Shown: positions 1-11,043 of the stretch, in pieces
How the letters are laid out: the number at the start of each line of letters is the position of its first letter
Numbering within the stretch: position 1 is the stretch's first letter
NCBI GenBank assembly: GCA_019057865.1
Contig: JAHLWP010000029.1
Coordinates: forward strand, 1 to 55,598
Reading direction: 5' to 3'
DNA from: Promethearchaeota archaeon
GTDB lineage: Archaea; Asgardarchaeota; Lokiarchaeia; Sigyniarchaeales; SOKP01
DNA length: 55,598 bases
Notes under the pieces: model-generated
Told to the model about the DNA's origin: nothing
The model's database searches: none
The model's input: the letters and a program-made list of their open reading frames with translations, nothing else
Program-made: the position numbers and the translations under genes

Positions 1-1178
1 ACACCTAAAATCGGAAAAAATATTACTGAGAAAATTAAAAATGGGGGTAGTTCAGCACCTCCATTTGAAGGTAAAGCAACATCTACAAATATATATGTCG
101 GGGTAGAGCTGATATCTTTTCCTGCATAATTAACTAATTGAACTTGAATAGGAAATGTCCCATTACCATCTGGAATTCTAAAAGTAGATTCAAAAGTACC
201 ATCAGCTCTCGTTTGAACTGTATCGACAGGGTTATTATCATAAAGAATTGTAATTTCTCTATTATTTATCTTAAGTGAACTATCAGTTAATGAGGAGAGT
301 TCCCCTGTAATAGTATATTGAGCTCCCTCATATGTACTAAGGTCGATATTCAAATCCCAAGCAACATCTGAGAAAACTTTTATAAGAGAACTAACATTTT
401 CGGAATATCCAATATATGGTATATTTGAAAAATTTAACTTTAAAGTTAGTTGACTTGATAAAGTATCAGGTACTTGAATATCTAAAAGATCTCCAGAAGA
501 TCCGGTCCAAAATGAACCTTGATTGATTATATTAAAACCATCAAGCCAGTAATAATAAACTTCTTCGTCAGAGAGACCAGTTCCATTACCATTCTTTAAA
601 TATCCATCTATTGCAAAATATTCTTCTGTTAATTTTGGAATAGTCGGATCATCATAAGATACAATATCAAAATATGAAGTAGTATTTACATTGATAATAT
701 AAAAATCAGGATATTCAACCTCACTTGGAGTTGAATCAATTACTGAGACATTTAATTTATGACTTGAATAAACATCAAGGGAAGGATCAATAATATAATT
801 TATTTGAAAGTATCCATTAATATCAGTAATGTTTTTATATCTTATATCTAATACATCATCAATTTCTATAGAAACATTATATCCTGATATTCCGGGAAAT
901 GTTGGAGGTATATCTATATAAAGCCTTCCTTTTATAGAGATAGTTGAATTATGAGGAAATTGTGTGTTATTAATCTCAGCAGGATTTGTAAGATCTAATG
1001 TTGCCCATGTAGCTGAATTTTTAGAGTTTTCATCATTAAATGAAATAAAACCATTTTGAGAAAAATGTAAATTAAAAATGAATGTGAGATTTATAAATAG
1101 AATAAAAAATATAATTGAAAATGTGAAAAAATTAAAAATTTTCTTATTAAATCGGTATTCAATTTTAAAAATTTTCAT
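1..1178 (-). CDS. Membrane-anchored Ig-like/beta-rich cell-surface protein (3' end outside window)
   Basis: Manually translated open frame from ATG at 1178 (MKIFKIEYRFNKKIFNFFTFSIIFFILF...). N-terminal hydrophobic segment, beta-rich repeats, and a second hydrophobic segment (LPPFLIFSVIFFPILG) at the window edge. Not in the ORF track because it runs off the end. Confidence 0.7.
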   Translation of the reverse strand, partial: MKIFKIEYRFNKKIFNFFTFSIIFFILFINLTFIFNLHFSQNGFISFNDENSKNSATWATLDLTNPAEINNTQFPHNSTISIKGRLYIDIPPTFPGISGYNVSIEIDDVLDIRYKNITDINGYFQINYIIDPSLDVYSSHKLNVSVIDSTPSEVEYPDFYIINVNTTSYFDIVSYDDPTIPKLTEEYFAIDGYLKNGNGTGLSDEEVYYYWLDGFNIINQGSFWTGSSGDLLDIQVPDTLSSQLTLKLNFSNIPYIGYSENVSSLIKVFSDVAWDLNIDLSTYEGAQYTITGELSSLTDSSLKINNREITILYDNNPVDTVQTRADGTFESTFRIPDGNGTFPIQVQLVNYAGKDISSTPTYIFVDVALPSNGGAELPPFLIFSVIFFPILG

Positions 1179-1209
1179 TTCTTATTTTTTCACCTTATTT
1201 TTGTTAATA

Positions 1210-4200
1210 TTAAGGTTCTCTAAAAATTTGTTGTTGAGCTGTATTTATATAAGTACCGTCAGGAATGCCAAAATTAATGGGATCTTCAGGGAAGAAATAA
1301 ACCCAGACTTCAGCAGTATCTTCATCCCATGATAATTCAATAGTAAATGACACATTAAAAAATCCGTCAGATGCAGTAAAACCTAAAAGACTATCTAAAA
1401 TATTACCACTACCATCCCATATAGTAATATTAACCCACTTATTACCTATTGCTGTTCCATTATCCCATCTTAGATAACCATATACATATAAAATATCTCC
1501 TCCATACCATTGCTGATGATATTCTGTATCATAATTTCCAGTAATAGAGGTTCCAGCAATAATTTTTATTGGAATAAGTGAACTATTAGTATAAACCATA
1601 TAATCTGTTAATGTGATATCTGGTAAGCTAATTGGGTATTGTATACCTCCTTCGAAATCAATTTTAATGTAATAATCTCCTCGTGGACAAGTTATATCAA
1701 TCCAATTAGAGAATTGATAGTAACCAGCATTATTTGTTATTCGTGAAGAGGTACCGATTAAATATCCAGAAACATCACTTAAAGTATTGTCCAGTAATTT
1801 AATATTAACAATTAAACCTCTTAAATATTCTCCACTTTCTTGAAGTGTTCCATCAACATGAAAGTTATCAATAACTCTTACTATAGAATTCACTGAATTA
1901 GCAAAAATAGTAACGGTTTCATTAATAATTACATATGTTCTATTAAATGTGCCAGATCCTGACCATTGAGCTCTAACTCGATGGAGTCCTGCATGCCAAC
2001 TAGATGTATTTGCTGAAATCCAAGCCAGTCCATTACTAACAGATGAAGATCCTAAAGGATCGCCTGTGAAAACATCTGTGAATGAGACAGTACCTCCGGT
2101 AACTGGACTTCCACTTAGGGTAATATATACTGAGAAATTAATAGACCCTCCTCGATAATACCATTCAGGAGGATTAGAATTGTTGTAAAATGACCGTGTT
2201 GGAATTCCATCCACGAAAAAGTAGATATTAATATCATCTGGATCAATTACTTTCAAATCATAAAAGCAGGTTTCAGAGTCAGTAAAATTACTCATGAGGT
2301 TTAAATTAAAAAAGTAAGGATAGCTAGTACTTGTATAATCAAATAATCCATTGAATCTAACTTCCAAAGTATAATTTTTAGCAGGTGTTGAGGCAGAAAC
2401 ATAATATGTTAGATCAATTTCTCCAGTCTCGTCAAGAGTCAATGAACCAGAATATAAGTTTAAATAATAGGAAACATCTGTTACCCCATCCATTAAATGA
2501 ACAGAAATTACGCTATTTATAATTGGGTTACCTTTAGAATCGTTTAAATATCCATGAATTAAGAAGTTCCTTCCAACTGAACCACTCCTATTAACTTGAG
2601 GCGGTTGAGGACATCTATCAAGATTAATATTAATTAAATCATCTAAAATATAATAAGAGTAATTATATCTATTATTCCAAGTAGCATAAATTAAATGTGG
2701 TCCTGCTATAGTATTATCATTTATTGGATAAATTAATTCAGCATATCCAGATGTAGTTTGGGCAGAACCTAATGGTTGATCTTGAGTCAGATCATAAAAA
2801 TCTACCCATTCATTATCTGGGATTGGATCTGGTCCATATTGGAGATAAACAGTTAAATTAAGATCATCATTACGATTGATTGTTGGATTAAAAATATCAT
2901 TAGAGGGATATCCATTTATCCAAAAGTTGAATGATAAGGTTGCTGGTGCTTCTACTTTTAATTTATAATAGAAAACTGTTGATGTACTTAAACCTGTAAG
3001 GTTAAACACATATGGGGGTTGATATGGATAACTTGTTAAATCAATTGTTCCATTAAAATCTAACCTTAATGTGTAATTACCTGGTGGTGTGTTAGGATCA
3101 ACTCCAAAAGTTAAATCAAAAGTTCCTGTTGAATCTGTTTGATAAAAGTTACTTCCAAAAGGGGTTAAATAATACCAGTAATCACTACCCCCTCTCAAAA
3201 ATCTCAAAGAAATTACAGAATAGGCTAAAGGTCTATAACTATTAAAACCATCAGTAATATTTCCAATAATGTTAAATGTAGTGCTTCCGCCTCCTGTACG
3301 ATTAATAATTCTTGGAGTTGGTCCAGAAATAGCATTAATCGTTGGATTCTCATCTAAGATAAAATACGAATAATTTATTATTGATTGACTAATGTTCGCA
3401 TATAACAAATTAGGACCTGAAATACAATAATCTCCTACATCATAAGTTATAGAAGCGTTGCCATTTATATCTGAAATAGCACTACCGATTTCAATATTTC
3501 CTCGAGAATAATCATAAAAAAACACTTCCTTATTGGGTTTTGGACCAAAATTTTCAAGCATCACCCTAGCGGTAAGAGTTATAGTATCAAATCTCGAAAC
3601 AAGTGGAATATTAGGATTGATTGCTGGTGTATTATTGATATAAAACCAAACTGATAATGATTTTGTAATATTAAAGTCCCATCTATTACTTGAATTAGTT
3701 ATAGATGGCTGAAAAACAGGAATGGGTCCTATTAGACTATCAATCCACCAAGTTCCATTAAAATCAACTCGTATTTCATATTGACCTGAGGGGACAAAGG
3801 AATTTATACTTAAAGTTGTATCAAATTCACCACTGTTTCCTGTAGTTTGTGATATTGGATTAAATGCCCCAGGTTCTTCGATAGTTGTTCCTTTATGAAG
3901 TAACACAAAATTAACCTCTGCATCTTTAACTCTTTCTCCATTTAATGGGTCATATACATATCCTTGGACGTAAGTTTCATCATCCAAATGATCTGATCGA
4001 TTTACTTCAGTTGGATTCACATCATTGAGACTAACTCCAATATTTCCCAAAATTAAAGGAACATTAGGAGGCCAAGTATAGTTAAAGCTGAAAAAATCAT
4101 ATCTAGCTTCGATATTATGTGGCCCTATGACATAAGAATTATCTATATTAACTGATATGCTTGCAGTACCACTGACATCTGTATCATCTACTCCTAGAAT

Positions 4201-5727
4201 TTGTCCAGTTGCCATGTCCGTAAAAGTTATCGTTTTGTTATCTAGTGGATCTCCATAAAAAGATGATAAAGTAGCAGTTAAATTCAAAACATCTGGTCTA
4301 TTATAAAGAATTTTATCAGAAGTTACAGTGATATTAAATTGATTTCCTGTTATAGGACTTCCACCAGGTCCATAACTGTCAAAAAGGATATCCATTTGAA
4401 CCCATTCACCATTTCCATATTGATCATACGGGACAAAAATTTCAGCCCAATTGTATAAATTTTTATATTTTATAGCAAAAGTGGTTTCACCAAAAGGGGG
4501 ATTCTCATTATAATCTGTAAATTCTTCAATCCATCTGCTATTAAAACCTGTTACAAATCGGCTTGCTACACCAAAAGCACGAGAAAATATGCTAAAAGCA
4601 GAAGCAAAATCTGGCCATAAACCTTGTTGTTGCTCACAGAACCAATCTACTGCGTCTCTACCTGGATCTGGAGAAGGTATGTAGTTAAAATAAAAATTAG
4701 TTTGAAGATAATTTCTAATTTTATTTGCAATTATAAAAGCATTATCATCTACGTTTATAGAGTTATTTAATATGTTAAAATGATTAGTAAAATAAGGATT
4801 ATTTAACATATATGTACTTAAATCAGGAGGTATCTGAGTAAAAGAATTTAATAAATCTAAATATTCTTGTGTAGGATTTGTAGCCTTAACTGCTGAACTA
4901 TTAATATCATCATTCGAGGGTAAATCTAAGCCAAATAAGTTGTAGGTCATATTTACATCATCATTAGATGAGAAGTAGAGATCTGCCTTAGTACTATTAA
5001 AAAGATTTTTCTTTAATTTTGTAAAACCAGGAATTATAGTGGAAACACTAAGATTATTTTGAGCGTCAATACTTTCTTTTATTATACCCGGAATTGGAAA
5101 TAGGGAAGGAAGAGCAATCGAATTTGGGGGCTCAGGCGGACTGCTTGCATTAGGTGATAATGGCATTTTTATTTTTAATAAATCTAAATACCAATATTGC
5201 GAAGAATAATTATCTTTAGTATAAAAATCATCTTCAAGCAAAGGAACTGTAGACTGCCATTTAGATTCTTCCGTTGTATTATAATAATTATAACATTCAT
5301 ATTTCCATAATTTGGCATCCATCTCATTAAAAACAGAATAATTATAAACTCTAAATACTTCTATTTCAGCAGCAGCAGAGGCTAAAAGCGCCATAAGGCC
5401 CTCTGAAAATTGACTTAAATCTAAATCATCTGAAACACCATCTAGAAGATCAGATATCATATCAAGTAAATCTTCCAAATCTACTGGGGGTATATCTGAA
5501 AAATTGAAATCTTCCCAGGGAAAGTAAGGTGTTAATGGTGGAGCTATTTCGTCTTCTTTATCTTCTATTGAATCGTTAAAATCGGATCTTTGAATACCAA
5601 ATAGTAAATTTAATAAAACCGTCGAGAAGGCAAACATGGAGATCAACAATATAGCAATTATAACAATACCCAATACTCTTTTCTTATTGATCTTCTTGCC
5701 TAAGAGATCCTCTCCTATTACTGACAT
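1210..5727 (-). CDS. Large surface protein with transglutaminase-like domain (catalytic residues degenerate) and Ig-like repeats
   Basis: N-terminal TM helix. GLWPDFASAFSIFSRAFGVASRFVTGF...YNWAEI...WVQMD matches the TGc core. Followed by beta-sandwich repeats. Confidence 0.75.
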   Translation of the reverse strand: MSVIGEDLLGKKINKKRVLGIVIIAILLISMFAFSTVLLNLLFGIQRSDFNDSIEDKEDEIAPPLTPYFPWEDFNFSDIPPVDLEDLLDMISDLLDGVSDDLDLSQFSEGLMALLASAAAEIEVFRVYNYSVFNEMDAKLWKYECYNYYNTTEESKWQSTVPLLEDDFYTKDNYSSQYWYLDLLKIKMPLSPNASSPPEPPNSIALPSLFPIPGIIKESIDAQNNLSVSTIIPGFTKLKKNLFNSTKADLYFSSNDDVNMTYNLFGLDLPSNDDINSSAVKATNPTQEYLDLLNSFTQIPPDLSTYMLNNPYFTNHFNILNNSINVDDNAFIIANKIRNYLQTNFYFNYIPSPDPGRDAVDWFCEQQQGLWPDFASAFSIFSRAFGVASRFVTGFNSRWIEEFTDYNENPPFGETTFAIKYKNLYNWAEIFVPYDQYGNGEWVQMDILFDSYGPGGSPITGNQFNITVTSDKILYNRPDVLNLTATLSSFYGDPLDNKTITFTDMATGQILGVDDTDVSGTASISVNIDNSYVIGPHNIEARYDFFSFNYTWPPNVPLILGNIGVSLNDVNPTEVNRSDHLDDETYVQGYVYDPLNGERVKDAEVNFVLLHKGTTIEEPGAFNPISQTTGNSGEFDTTLSINSFVPSGQYEIRVDFNGTWWIDSLIGPIPVFQPSITNSSNRWDFNITKSLSVWFYINNTPAINPNIPLVSRFDTITLTARVMLENFGPKPNKEVFFYDYSRGNIEIGSAISDINGNASITYDVGDYCISGPNLLYANISQSIINYSYFILDENPTINAISGPTPRIINRTGGGSTTFNIIGNITDGFNSYRPLAYSVISLRFLRGGSDYWYYLTPFGSNFYQTDSTGTFDLTFGVDPNTPPGNYTLRLDFNGTIDLTSYPYQPPYVFNLTGLSTSTVFYYKLKVEAPATLSFNFWINGYPSNDIFNPTINRNDDLNLTVYLQYGPDPIPDNEWVDFYDLTQDQPLGSAQTTSGYAELIYPINDNTIAGPHLIYATWNNRYNYSYYILDDLININLDRCPQPPQVNRSGSVGRNFLIHGYLNDSKGNPIINSVISVHLMDGVTDVSYYLNLYSGSLTLDETGEIDLTYYVSASTPAKNYTLEVRFNGLFDYTSTSYPYFFNLNLMSNFTDSETCFYDLKVIDPDDINIYFFVDGIPTRSFYNNSNPPEWYYRGGSINFSVYITLSGSPVTGGTVSFTDVFTGDPLGSSSVSNGLAWISANTSSWHAGLHRVRAQWSGSGTFNRTYVIINETVTIFANSVNSIVRVIDNFHVDGTLQESGEYLRGLIVNIKLLDNTLSDVSGYLIGTSSRITNNAGYYQFSNWIDITCPRGDYYIKIDFEGGIQYPISLPDITLTDYMVYTNSSLIPIKIIAGTSITGNYDTEYHQQWYGGDILYVYGYLRWDNGTAIGNKWVNITIWDGSGNILDSLLGFTASDGFFNVSFTIELSWDEDTAEVWVYFFPEDPINFGIPDGTYINTAQQQIFREP

Positions 5728-6135
5728 ATTAAATCAAAATAAATCTTATCACTAACTAAACAGAGTTAGAATATTAATCAAAATTATTATATATATAATT
5801 TTTCACATAGTAATTTAAATTATTAGATAAATCACAAAATTGTATTTGAATCAAAGTAGAAAAATTCTAGAACTTTTTTATAATAAATGAATGAGAGTTA
5901 AGCTTTTAAAATCAGATTTTACTCTATAATAATGCTATAGAATTTGATGTTCTGAATTTATTAAACAAGAGGATTTAGAAAATTTGACTTAGTTTTTTAG
6001 CAATCGATATTGAGATTTTTTTTCTCTTTGTTAAAAAGATTTGATAGAAATATTCTTGTAAAAAATATCCTAAAAAATGTAAAATATTATATTAATTCAG
6101 ACGACTTAACATTAAATATTAGTCTAATCTCTTTC

Positions 6136-6978
6136 CTAGAATTCAAAACCACACTTAGTACAGACATATTTCTTTGCGTAAGTTGGTTTAGGAATATAGC
6201 TTATGATTCTTGTTTTATCTTCCACCTCCTTCACAGCAAAACCTGACGCTCCACAGCTAGGACACACTCTTCTTCCTGTTCCCACTGGCACAGATGGACT
6301 AGGAGTTGGTGTTGTAGAGGGAGAAATAGAAGGAGTTGTTTCATAACTGGGTGTAGGAGTTTGAGAGGTTATTCCTTGAGCTAAACTAGATGGCATTACT
6401 GCTTTAGGCTCTTTTAATTCTTCAATACGTTTCTCTTTATAAGCTAATTCTTCTTGTAATTTTGTAATTTGACCTTGTAAAGGACCAATTTGTTGTTGAA
6501 GCATTGAATTATGTTGTTGTAATTCTTGAACTTGTTGTTGCAGTCCTGGAATCTGAGCTCTTAATTGAGCATTTTCATTATTTAATTGATTAACTTGATT
6601 TTGATAAGCTTCTGCTGAAGTTTGAAGCGATTGGAGTTGACTGGTTAATCGAGTTACTTGATTATTCTTTTCAGTAAGTTGAGCCCTAAAATTAGAAATT
6701 TCAACACTCATTTCATTCACCTGGCCTAATACAGCGTTATAATCCTCTTGTGAAGGACCAACTGGAATACTAGGGGTGGGCTCATAGGTAGGCATTGAAG
6801 GTGGTTGTTCATAAGAAGGAGGAGGGGCTTCTAAAGGAGGAGGGGCTTCTAAAGGAGGAGGGGCTTCTAAAGGAGGAGGCGTCAAAGGTGGGGTTGCTGA
6901 AGGTGGTGGCATTGAGGGAATTCGTGGGGGACCACGTTCTTCTTCTTCTTCTTCATTTCTATCATTTTCATATGACAT
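6136..6978 (-). CDS. Proline-rich / coiled-coil / C-terminal Zn-ribbon protein
   Basis: PPPLEA repeats, Q/L heptad coiled coil, CPSC...CTKC at the C-terminus. Confidence 0.75.
   Translation of the reverse strand: MSYENDRNEEEEEERGPPRIPSMPPPSATPPLTPPPLEAPPPLEAPPPLEAPPPSYEQPPSMPTYEPTPSIPVGPSQEDYNAVLGQVNEMSVEISNFRAQLTEKNNQVTRLTSQLQSLQTSAEAYQNQVNQLNNENAQLRAQIPGLQQQVQELQQHNSMLQQQIGPLQGQITKLQEELAYKEKRIEELKEPKAVMPSSLAQGITSQTPTPSYETTPSISPSTTPTPSPSVPVGTGRRVCPSCGASGFAVKEVEDKTRIISYIPKPTYAKKYVCTKCGFEF
6818..6879. repeat. 18-bp coding tandem repeat x3.4 (PPPLEA)
   Basis: ggaggaggggcttctaaa repeated three times plus a partial copy. Confidence 0.9.
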
Positions 6979-7092
6979 AATAATCCTCTGTATATAATTC
7001 TTTAATTTTTACTTGCTTATGTAATTTAAATATGGTGTACTATGTTTATAAACTATAGCACAAACATAAGTATAAAAAAGTCATTAAAAATA

Positions 7093-8187
7093 CTAAAAAC
7101 AATTCCAATAAGGATTTAACTTTTTTTTTATAGCAGGTATCAATTTTTCGTTAATATAAGTTAATAATTCCTTGTTTGAGGTCCTAGATTCTTCTTGAAT
7201 AAGATTTTCATCTTCATCATTAAGAACCTTAAGACAATTATAAACAGCTCTTGCTTGTTTATCAACCTCATACCCCCCTTCCAATGTTATTAATATTCTA
7301 TCATTCGAGTAATCTTTTGCGATTTCTTTGATTCTTTTTAAATAATTTGCTGGACCTTGAATGGTCCATCCCATATTCGTTAATGTATCTGTCCAATGGG
7401 TATCAAATCCTGCTGATATAAGTATAAATTCTGGTTTAAATTCTTTACACACTGGTGAAATTATTTCATCAAAAAAGGTAATAATAATATCGTCAGCTGC
7501 TCTTGGTGGCATTGGAAAATTAATTATTTTACCTTCACCTTTCCCAGAGCCAATTTCACCTAAAAATCCACTCCCAGGATATAATGTTCTTCCATCTTGA
7601 TGAGAACTAAACATTACTACTTCACCATTTTCTGAAGGACTGCCTTCATAGAATATTTGTTGTGTACCATTTCCATGATGACAATCCCAATCTACTATTG
7701 CAATTCTCTTAAAACCCTTTTCTCTAATAAGATATTCTGTTGCGATTGCTATATTATTGAATATACAGAATCCGGCACATTTATAAGAATTAGAATGATG
7801 ACCTGGGGGTCTAACTGCGGCAAAAGCATTTTTTATATTTCCTTCTAGAATTTCATCAGCAGCTTGAAGATTTCCCCCAACAGAAAATAATGATGCTTCA
7901 TATGTTTTACCTGATACTGCAGTATCCATATCAAGGTATTGAATATTATTTGTTTTTTCAGCTAATTGACTAACCTCATGAACTTCTCTAATTAGCCTAT
8001 CTTCGTGTACATATTTAATTTGATCTAAAGTTGCTTTCCTTGGTTCTATTAATTTAAAATTTGGGTCTTCAAGAATGTTCGTTTCTTTTAAGAAATTCAT
8101 AATCTCTATAAGTCTCAAATGGCTTTCTACATGCGTACCAATTCGATGCTCTAGATAGATATCATCATAGACTATTCCTGTAGTCAT
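7093..8187 (-). CDS. Histone deacetylase family (AcuC/HDAC class II-like) Zn-dependent deacetylase
   Basis: RPPGHH, GFCIFNN, DWDCHHGNGTQ, SAGFD and LEGGY motifs. Confidence 0.93.
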   Translation of the reverse strand: MTTGIVYDDIYLEHRIGTHVESHLRLIEIMNFLKETNILEDPNFKLIEPRKATLDQIKYVHEDRLIREVHEVSQLAEKTNNIQYLDMDTAVSGKTYEASLFSVGGNLQAADEILEGNIKNAFAAVRPPGHHSNSYKCAGFCIFNNIAIATEYLIREKGFKRIAIVDWDCHHGNGTQQIFYEGSPSENGEVVMFSSHQDGRTLYPGSGFLGEIGSGKGEGKIINFPMPPRAADDIIITFFDEIISPVCKEFKPEFILISAGFDTHWTDTLTNMGWTIQGPANYLKRIKEIAKDYSNDRILITLEGGYEVDKQARAVYNCLKVLNDEDENLIQEESRTSNKELLTYINEKLIPAIKKKLNPYWNCF

Positions 8188-8303
8188 TAATTCACACCTA
8201 AACCTTTAAATATATAATTCTTCTATTTAATATTTTAAAATTTAGTTCTTTTAATATTTAAATATATAAACTTAAAAAATCTTTTTCATAAATTTAATTA
8301 TAT

Positions 8304-8828
8304 ATGAGTGAGAACAAGATATTTTCTTTAAAAGTAATTATCATTGGAGAACCAGCTGTTGGAAAAACAAGTTTAGTTAAAAAATTTGTATTGGGGCAAT
8401 TTTCAAAAGATTATCGTTCAAGTATCGGAACTAATATATTTACAAAGCAAATTGATTTAAAAAAAGATTCTAAAGCATCTATTCAATTATGGGATATTGC
8501 TGGACAGGAACGCTGGGTAAAGATGAGACATGTTTATTATAGAGGTGCTAGGGGCGTAATAATCGTTGGAGATTTAACAAGAAAAAATACATTCGATCAA
8601 ATAGAAGAATTTTGGATTCCGGATATTAAACAGTATTGCTCCAAGGCTCCAATTATTCTTCTTGCTAATAAAAATGATTTAAAAAAAGAATTAAATGAAA
8701 AAGATATTTCATTATTAAGTGAAAGAATTAATTCAACAGCTGTGTTATTTACATCAGCAAAAACAGGAGAAAATGTGGAAAAAGCTTTTAAATTAATTGC
8801 TGAACATGCTGTAGAAATTTTTCATTGA
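8304..8828 (+). CDS. Rab-like small GTPase (Ras superfamily), no C-terminal prenylation motif
   Basis: GEPAVGKTS, WDIAGQE, NKND and TSAK motifs. Confidence 0.93.
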   Translation: MSENKIFSLKVIIIGEPAVGKTSLVKKFVLGQFSKDYRSSIGTNIFTKQIDLKKDSKASIQLWDIAGQERWVKMRHVYYRGARGVIIVGDLTRKNTFDQIEEFWIPDIKQYCSKAPIILLANKNDLKKELNEKDISLLSERINSTAVLFTSAKTGENVEKAFKLIAEHAVEIFH

Positions 8829-8916
8829 ATTTCAATTATTAAATTTACTTTTCCATAAATAAATATTATTTCCTATTAATTCTATTAATAAAAGTACAAA
8901 ATGAGATGTGTTTCTT

Positions 8917-11043
8917 TTATTCTTCCTTATTTGTAAATTTTATATAGTTATTTCTTGGTTCATATAGAGTTCCTTCTTTAATAAGCTCATCTATAGCATT
9001 TTCTATAAACTTCTTATCTAAGCTTTCCTCTAATTCTAAAATTGGAATTACATTATCTCTCTCAAGTGCTTTCCAATTGTTTTCTTCGGAAATTTCTTTA
9101 AGTCTGCTCATTAATGTGTCCAATTTATTGAGATTACTTCGTGATTGTCCAACAAAAATTCTATCCATATCAATCTTTCCAGTAGTTTCGTCATAACCAG
9201 CATCTTTTAAATATCTTTTAAACAGTATAATTATATCTTCTACATCCTCTTTTAATACTTTATTTCTTAAAGCCATTTTTGCATAAGATTCACTCAATCT
9301 AACTAGAGCATCTAAATTTCTTGCTAAGATTGAAATAATCGCATCTTCGCTGTCATATCGACCACGTAATTCTAAATAAAATTCTTTTATCCTTTCTTTA
9401 GCTTCTTCAGTTAAAACAGGATTAAAAGTCCTTTTTGCGTGCTTAACATATTTTTTTAGAAGATCCCCTGGAATGGGTGCTACAGCCGGATTTTCTTTTT
9501 CATAAGATTCTTCTGGCCCTATCATCGAATTTTTTAAGATAAATTCAGCCATTTGAGCATCATCTGCGGGATCAGGTCTATCAATGACTACAAAAATTAA
9601 ATCAAAACGAGATAGAAGAGATGGTGGTAAGCGAATGTTTTGAGTAGGAGTTTTATATCTATCATATCTTCCAGAATGGGGATTTGCAGCAGCAATGATA
9701 GAAGTTTGAGCTTTCAATGTTGCTACGATCCCCGCTTTTGCTATACTTACCGTTTGTTGTTCCATTGCCTCATGGAGCGCTGATCTATCTGCGGTATCCA
9801 TTTTATCGAATTCATCAATAGCAATAATTCCGCCATTAGCCAAAACAACAGCCCCTGCTTCTAAATTCATTTGTCCTGTATCAGAATCTTTAATTACAGC
9901 TGCAGTTAAACCAACAGCTGTTGAACCTTTTCCAGAAGTATATAATCCTCGTGGAGATACTTCTATTAAACTTTTTAGGATTTCAGATTTTCCCGTTCCT
10001 GGGTCTCCAACAAATAAAATGTGAATATCACCTCTTTTGTATCCTCCCCCAGGTCTTTTTCTTCTAGTTCCTCCAAATAAACTTAAGGCAGATGCTAATT
10101 TAAGATCATCTCTTCCATAAATAGTAGAGGCTATAGAACGAGCTATTTTTTTTTGGATCATTGGCTCTTTTGAAAGACTCTCTATTTGTTTTCTATCTTC
10201 TTTTGAAAGTTCTACAATATCTTCACTTTTATCTTCTGGATCTATAAAATTAATATCAATAAAAGTCTTGAATAAAGTTGAGTTATTACTTTTAGTTGAT
10301 TGGGCTAATACAGATTTAAAAATTCCCATAATTTTAACTCTATCCCCTGGCTTAACAGTATCAACTAAATTATATGTTAATATTGCCTGAATTGATCTTG
10401 GAATTCTTCCAGGGGGTAAATCTTCAGGAATTTCTTGAATCATAATACTTTGCCAGTCAATGAATTCAGATTTCTTTGATATAAGGCGGAAATCTGATTG
10501 TGCTCTAGCTTTACATCGCTTGTTTATGCAAAATTTGGGCCATTTTATTCTTGAGGTTAACTGAATGATCTCAAATTGAGCTCCACATATTGTACATTCA
10601 AAATTTGCCTTCGTTAGTTTTGGTCTTATTGTCGAGCTTCTTACTAAAATACCGTTCGACCAAATAAGATTATCAATATGTTTTGCTCTTAATCCTCTTA
10701 AAGGAATTGTTAATAGACTTTTTGGATCTTTAGTTGTTATTCTTACAAAATATTCTTGAGGGGTCAATTTTGCACCTTGAAATTTTAATACATTTTTGAA
10801 GGCTTCAATAGCATCTTCTAATAGAGCTTCCGGATCATTTTTCAACATATTAGCAATCTGAGGGTCAAAAGCTAATAAATCCTCATATAATATAATTAAT
10901 CTATTTCCTCCTTTAGAAAAAATTTCATTTATCTGATCTTGATATTTGTATATACCGGGTTTATCTTGAAATAAACGATAAAAATCATCAAAGCGCTGAA
11001 CCTTATTAATTGGAGGAGTAGGACTTGAGCTTGGGGTTGTCGT
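8917..11043 (-). CDS. mcm: MCM replicative helicase (probable ACG start at 11043; first in-frame ATG at 10848)
   Basis: GDPGTGKS, IDEFDKM, SRFD and a Zn finger (CTIC...CINKRC). The frame is open for 65 codons upstream of the ATG and encodes MCM N-domain-like sequence (RFDDFYRLF...KYQDQI...ILYEDLLAFDPQIA). Confidence 0.95.
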   Translation of the reverse strand, partial: TTTPSSSPTPPINKVQRFDDFYRLFQDKPGIYKYQDQINEIFSKGGNRLIILYEDLLAFDPQIANMLKNDPEALLEDAIEAFKNVLKFQGAKLTPQEYFVRITTKDPKSLLTIPLRGLRAKHIDNLIWSNGILVRSSTIRPKLTKANFECTICGAQFEIIQLTSRIKWPKFCINKRCKARAQSDFRLISKKSEFIDWQSIMIQEIPEDLPPGRIPRSIQAILTYNLVDTVKPGDRVKIMGIFKSVLAQSTKSNNSTLFKTFIDINFIDPEDKSEDIVELSKEDRKQIESLSKEPMIQKKIARSIASTIYGRDDLKLASALSLFGGTRRKRPGGGYKRGDIHILFVGDPGTGKSEILKSLIEVSPRGLYTSGKGSTAVGLTAAVIKDSDTGQMNLEAGAVVLANGGIIAIDEFDKMDTADRSALHEAMEQQTVSIAKAGIVATLKAQTSIIAAANPHSGRYDRYKTPTQNIRLPPSLLSRFDLIFVVIDRPDPADDAQMAEFILKNSMIGPEESYEKENPAVAPIPGDLLKKYVKHAKRTFNPVLTEEAKERIKEFYLELRGRYDSEDAIISILARNLDALVRLSESYAKMALRNKVLKEDVEDIIILFKRYLKDAGYDETTGKIDMDRIFVGQSRSNLNKLDTLMSRLKEISEENNWKALERDNVIPILELEESLDKKFIENAIDELIKEGTLYEPRNNYIKFTNKEE

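Noticed and set aside
6795-6980. Plus-strand ORF with EEGLLK repeats
   Set aside because: Antisense reading of the PPPLEA repeat.
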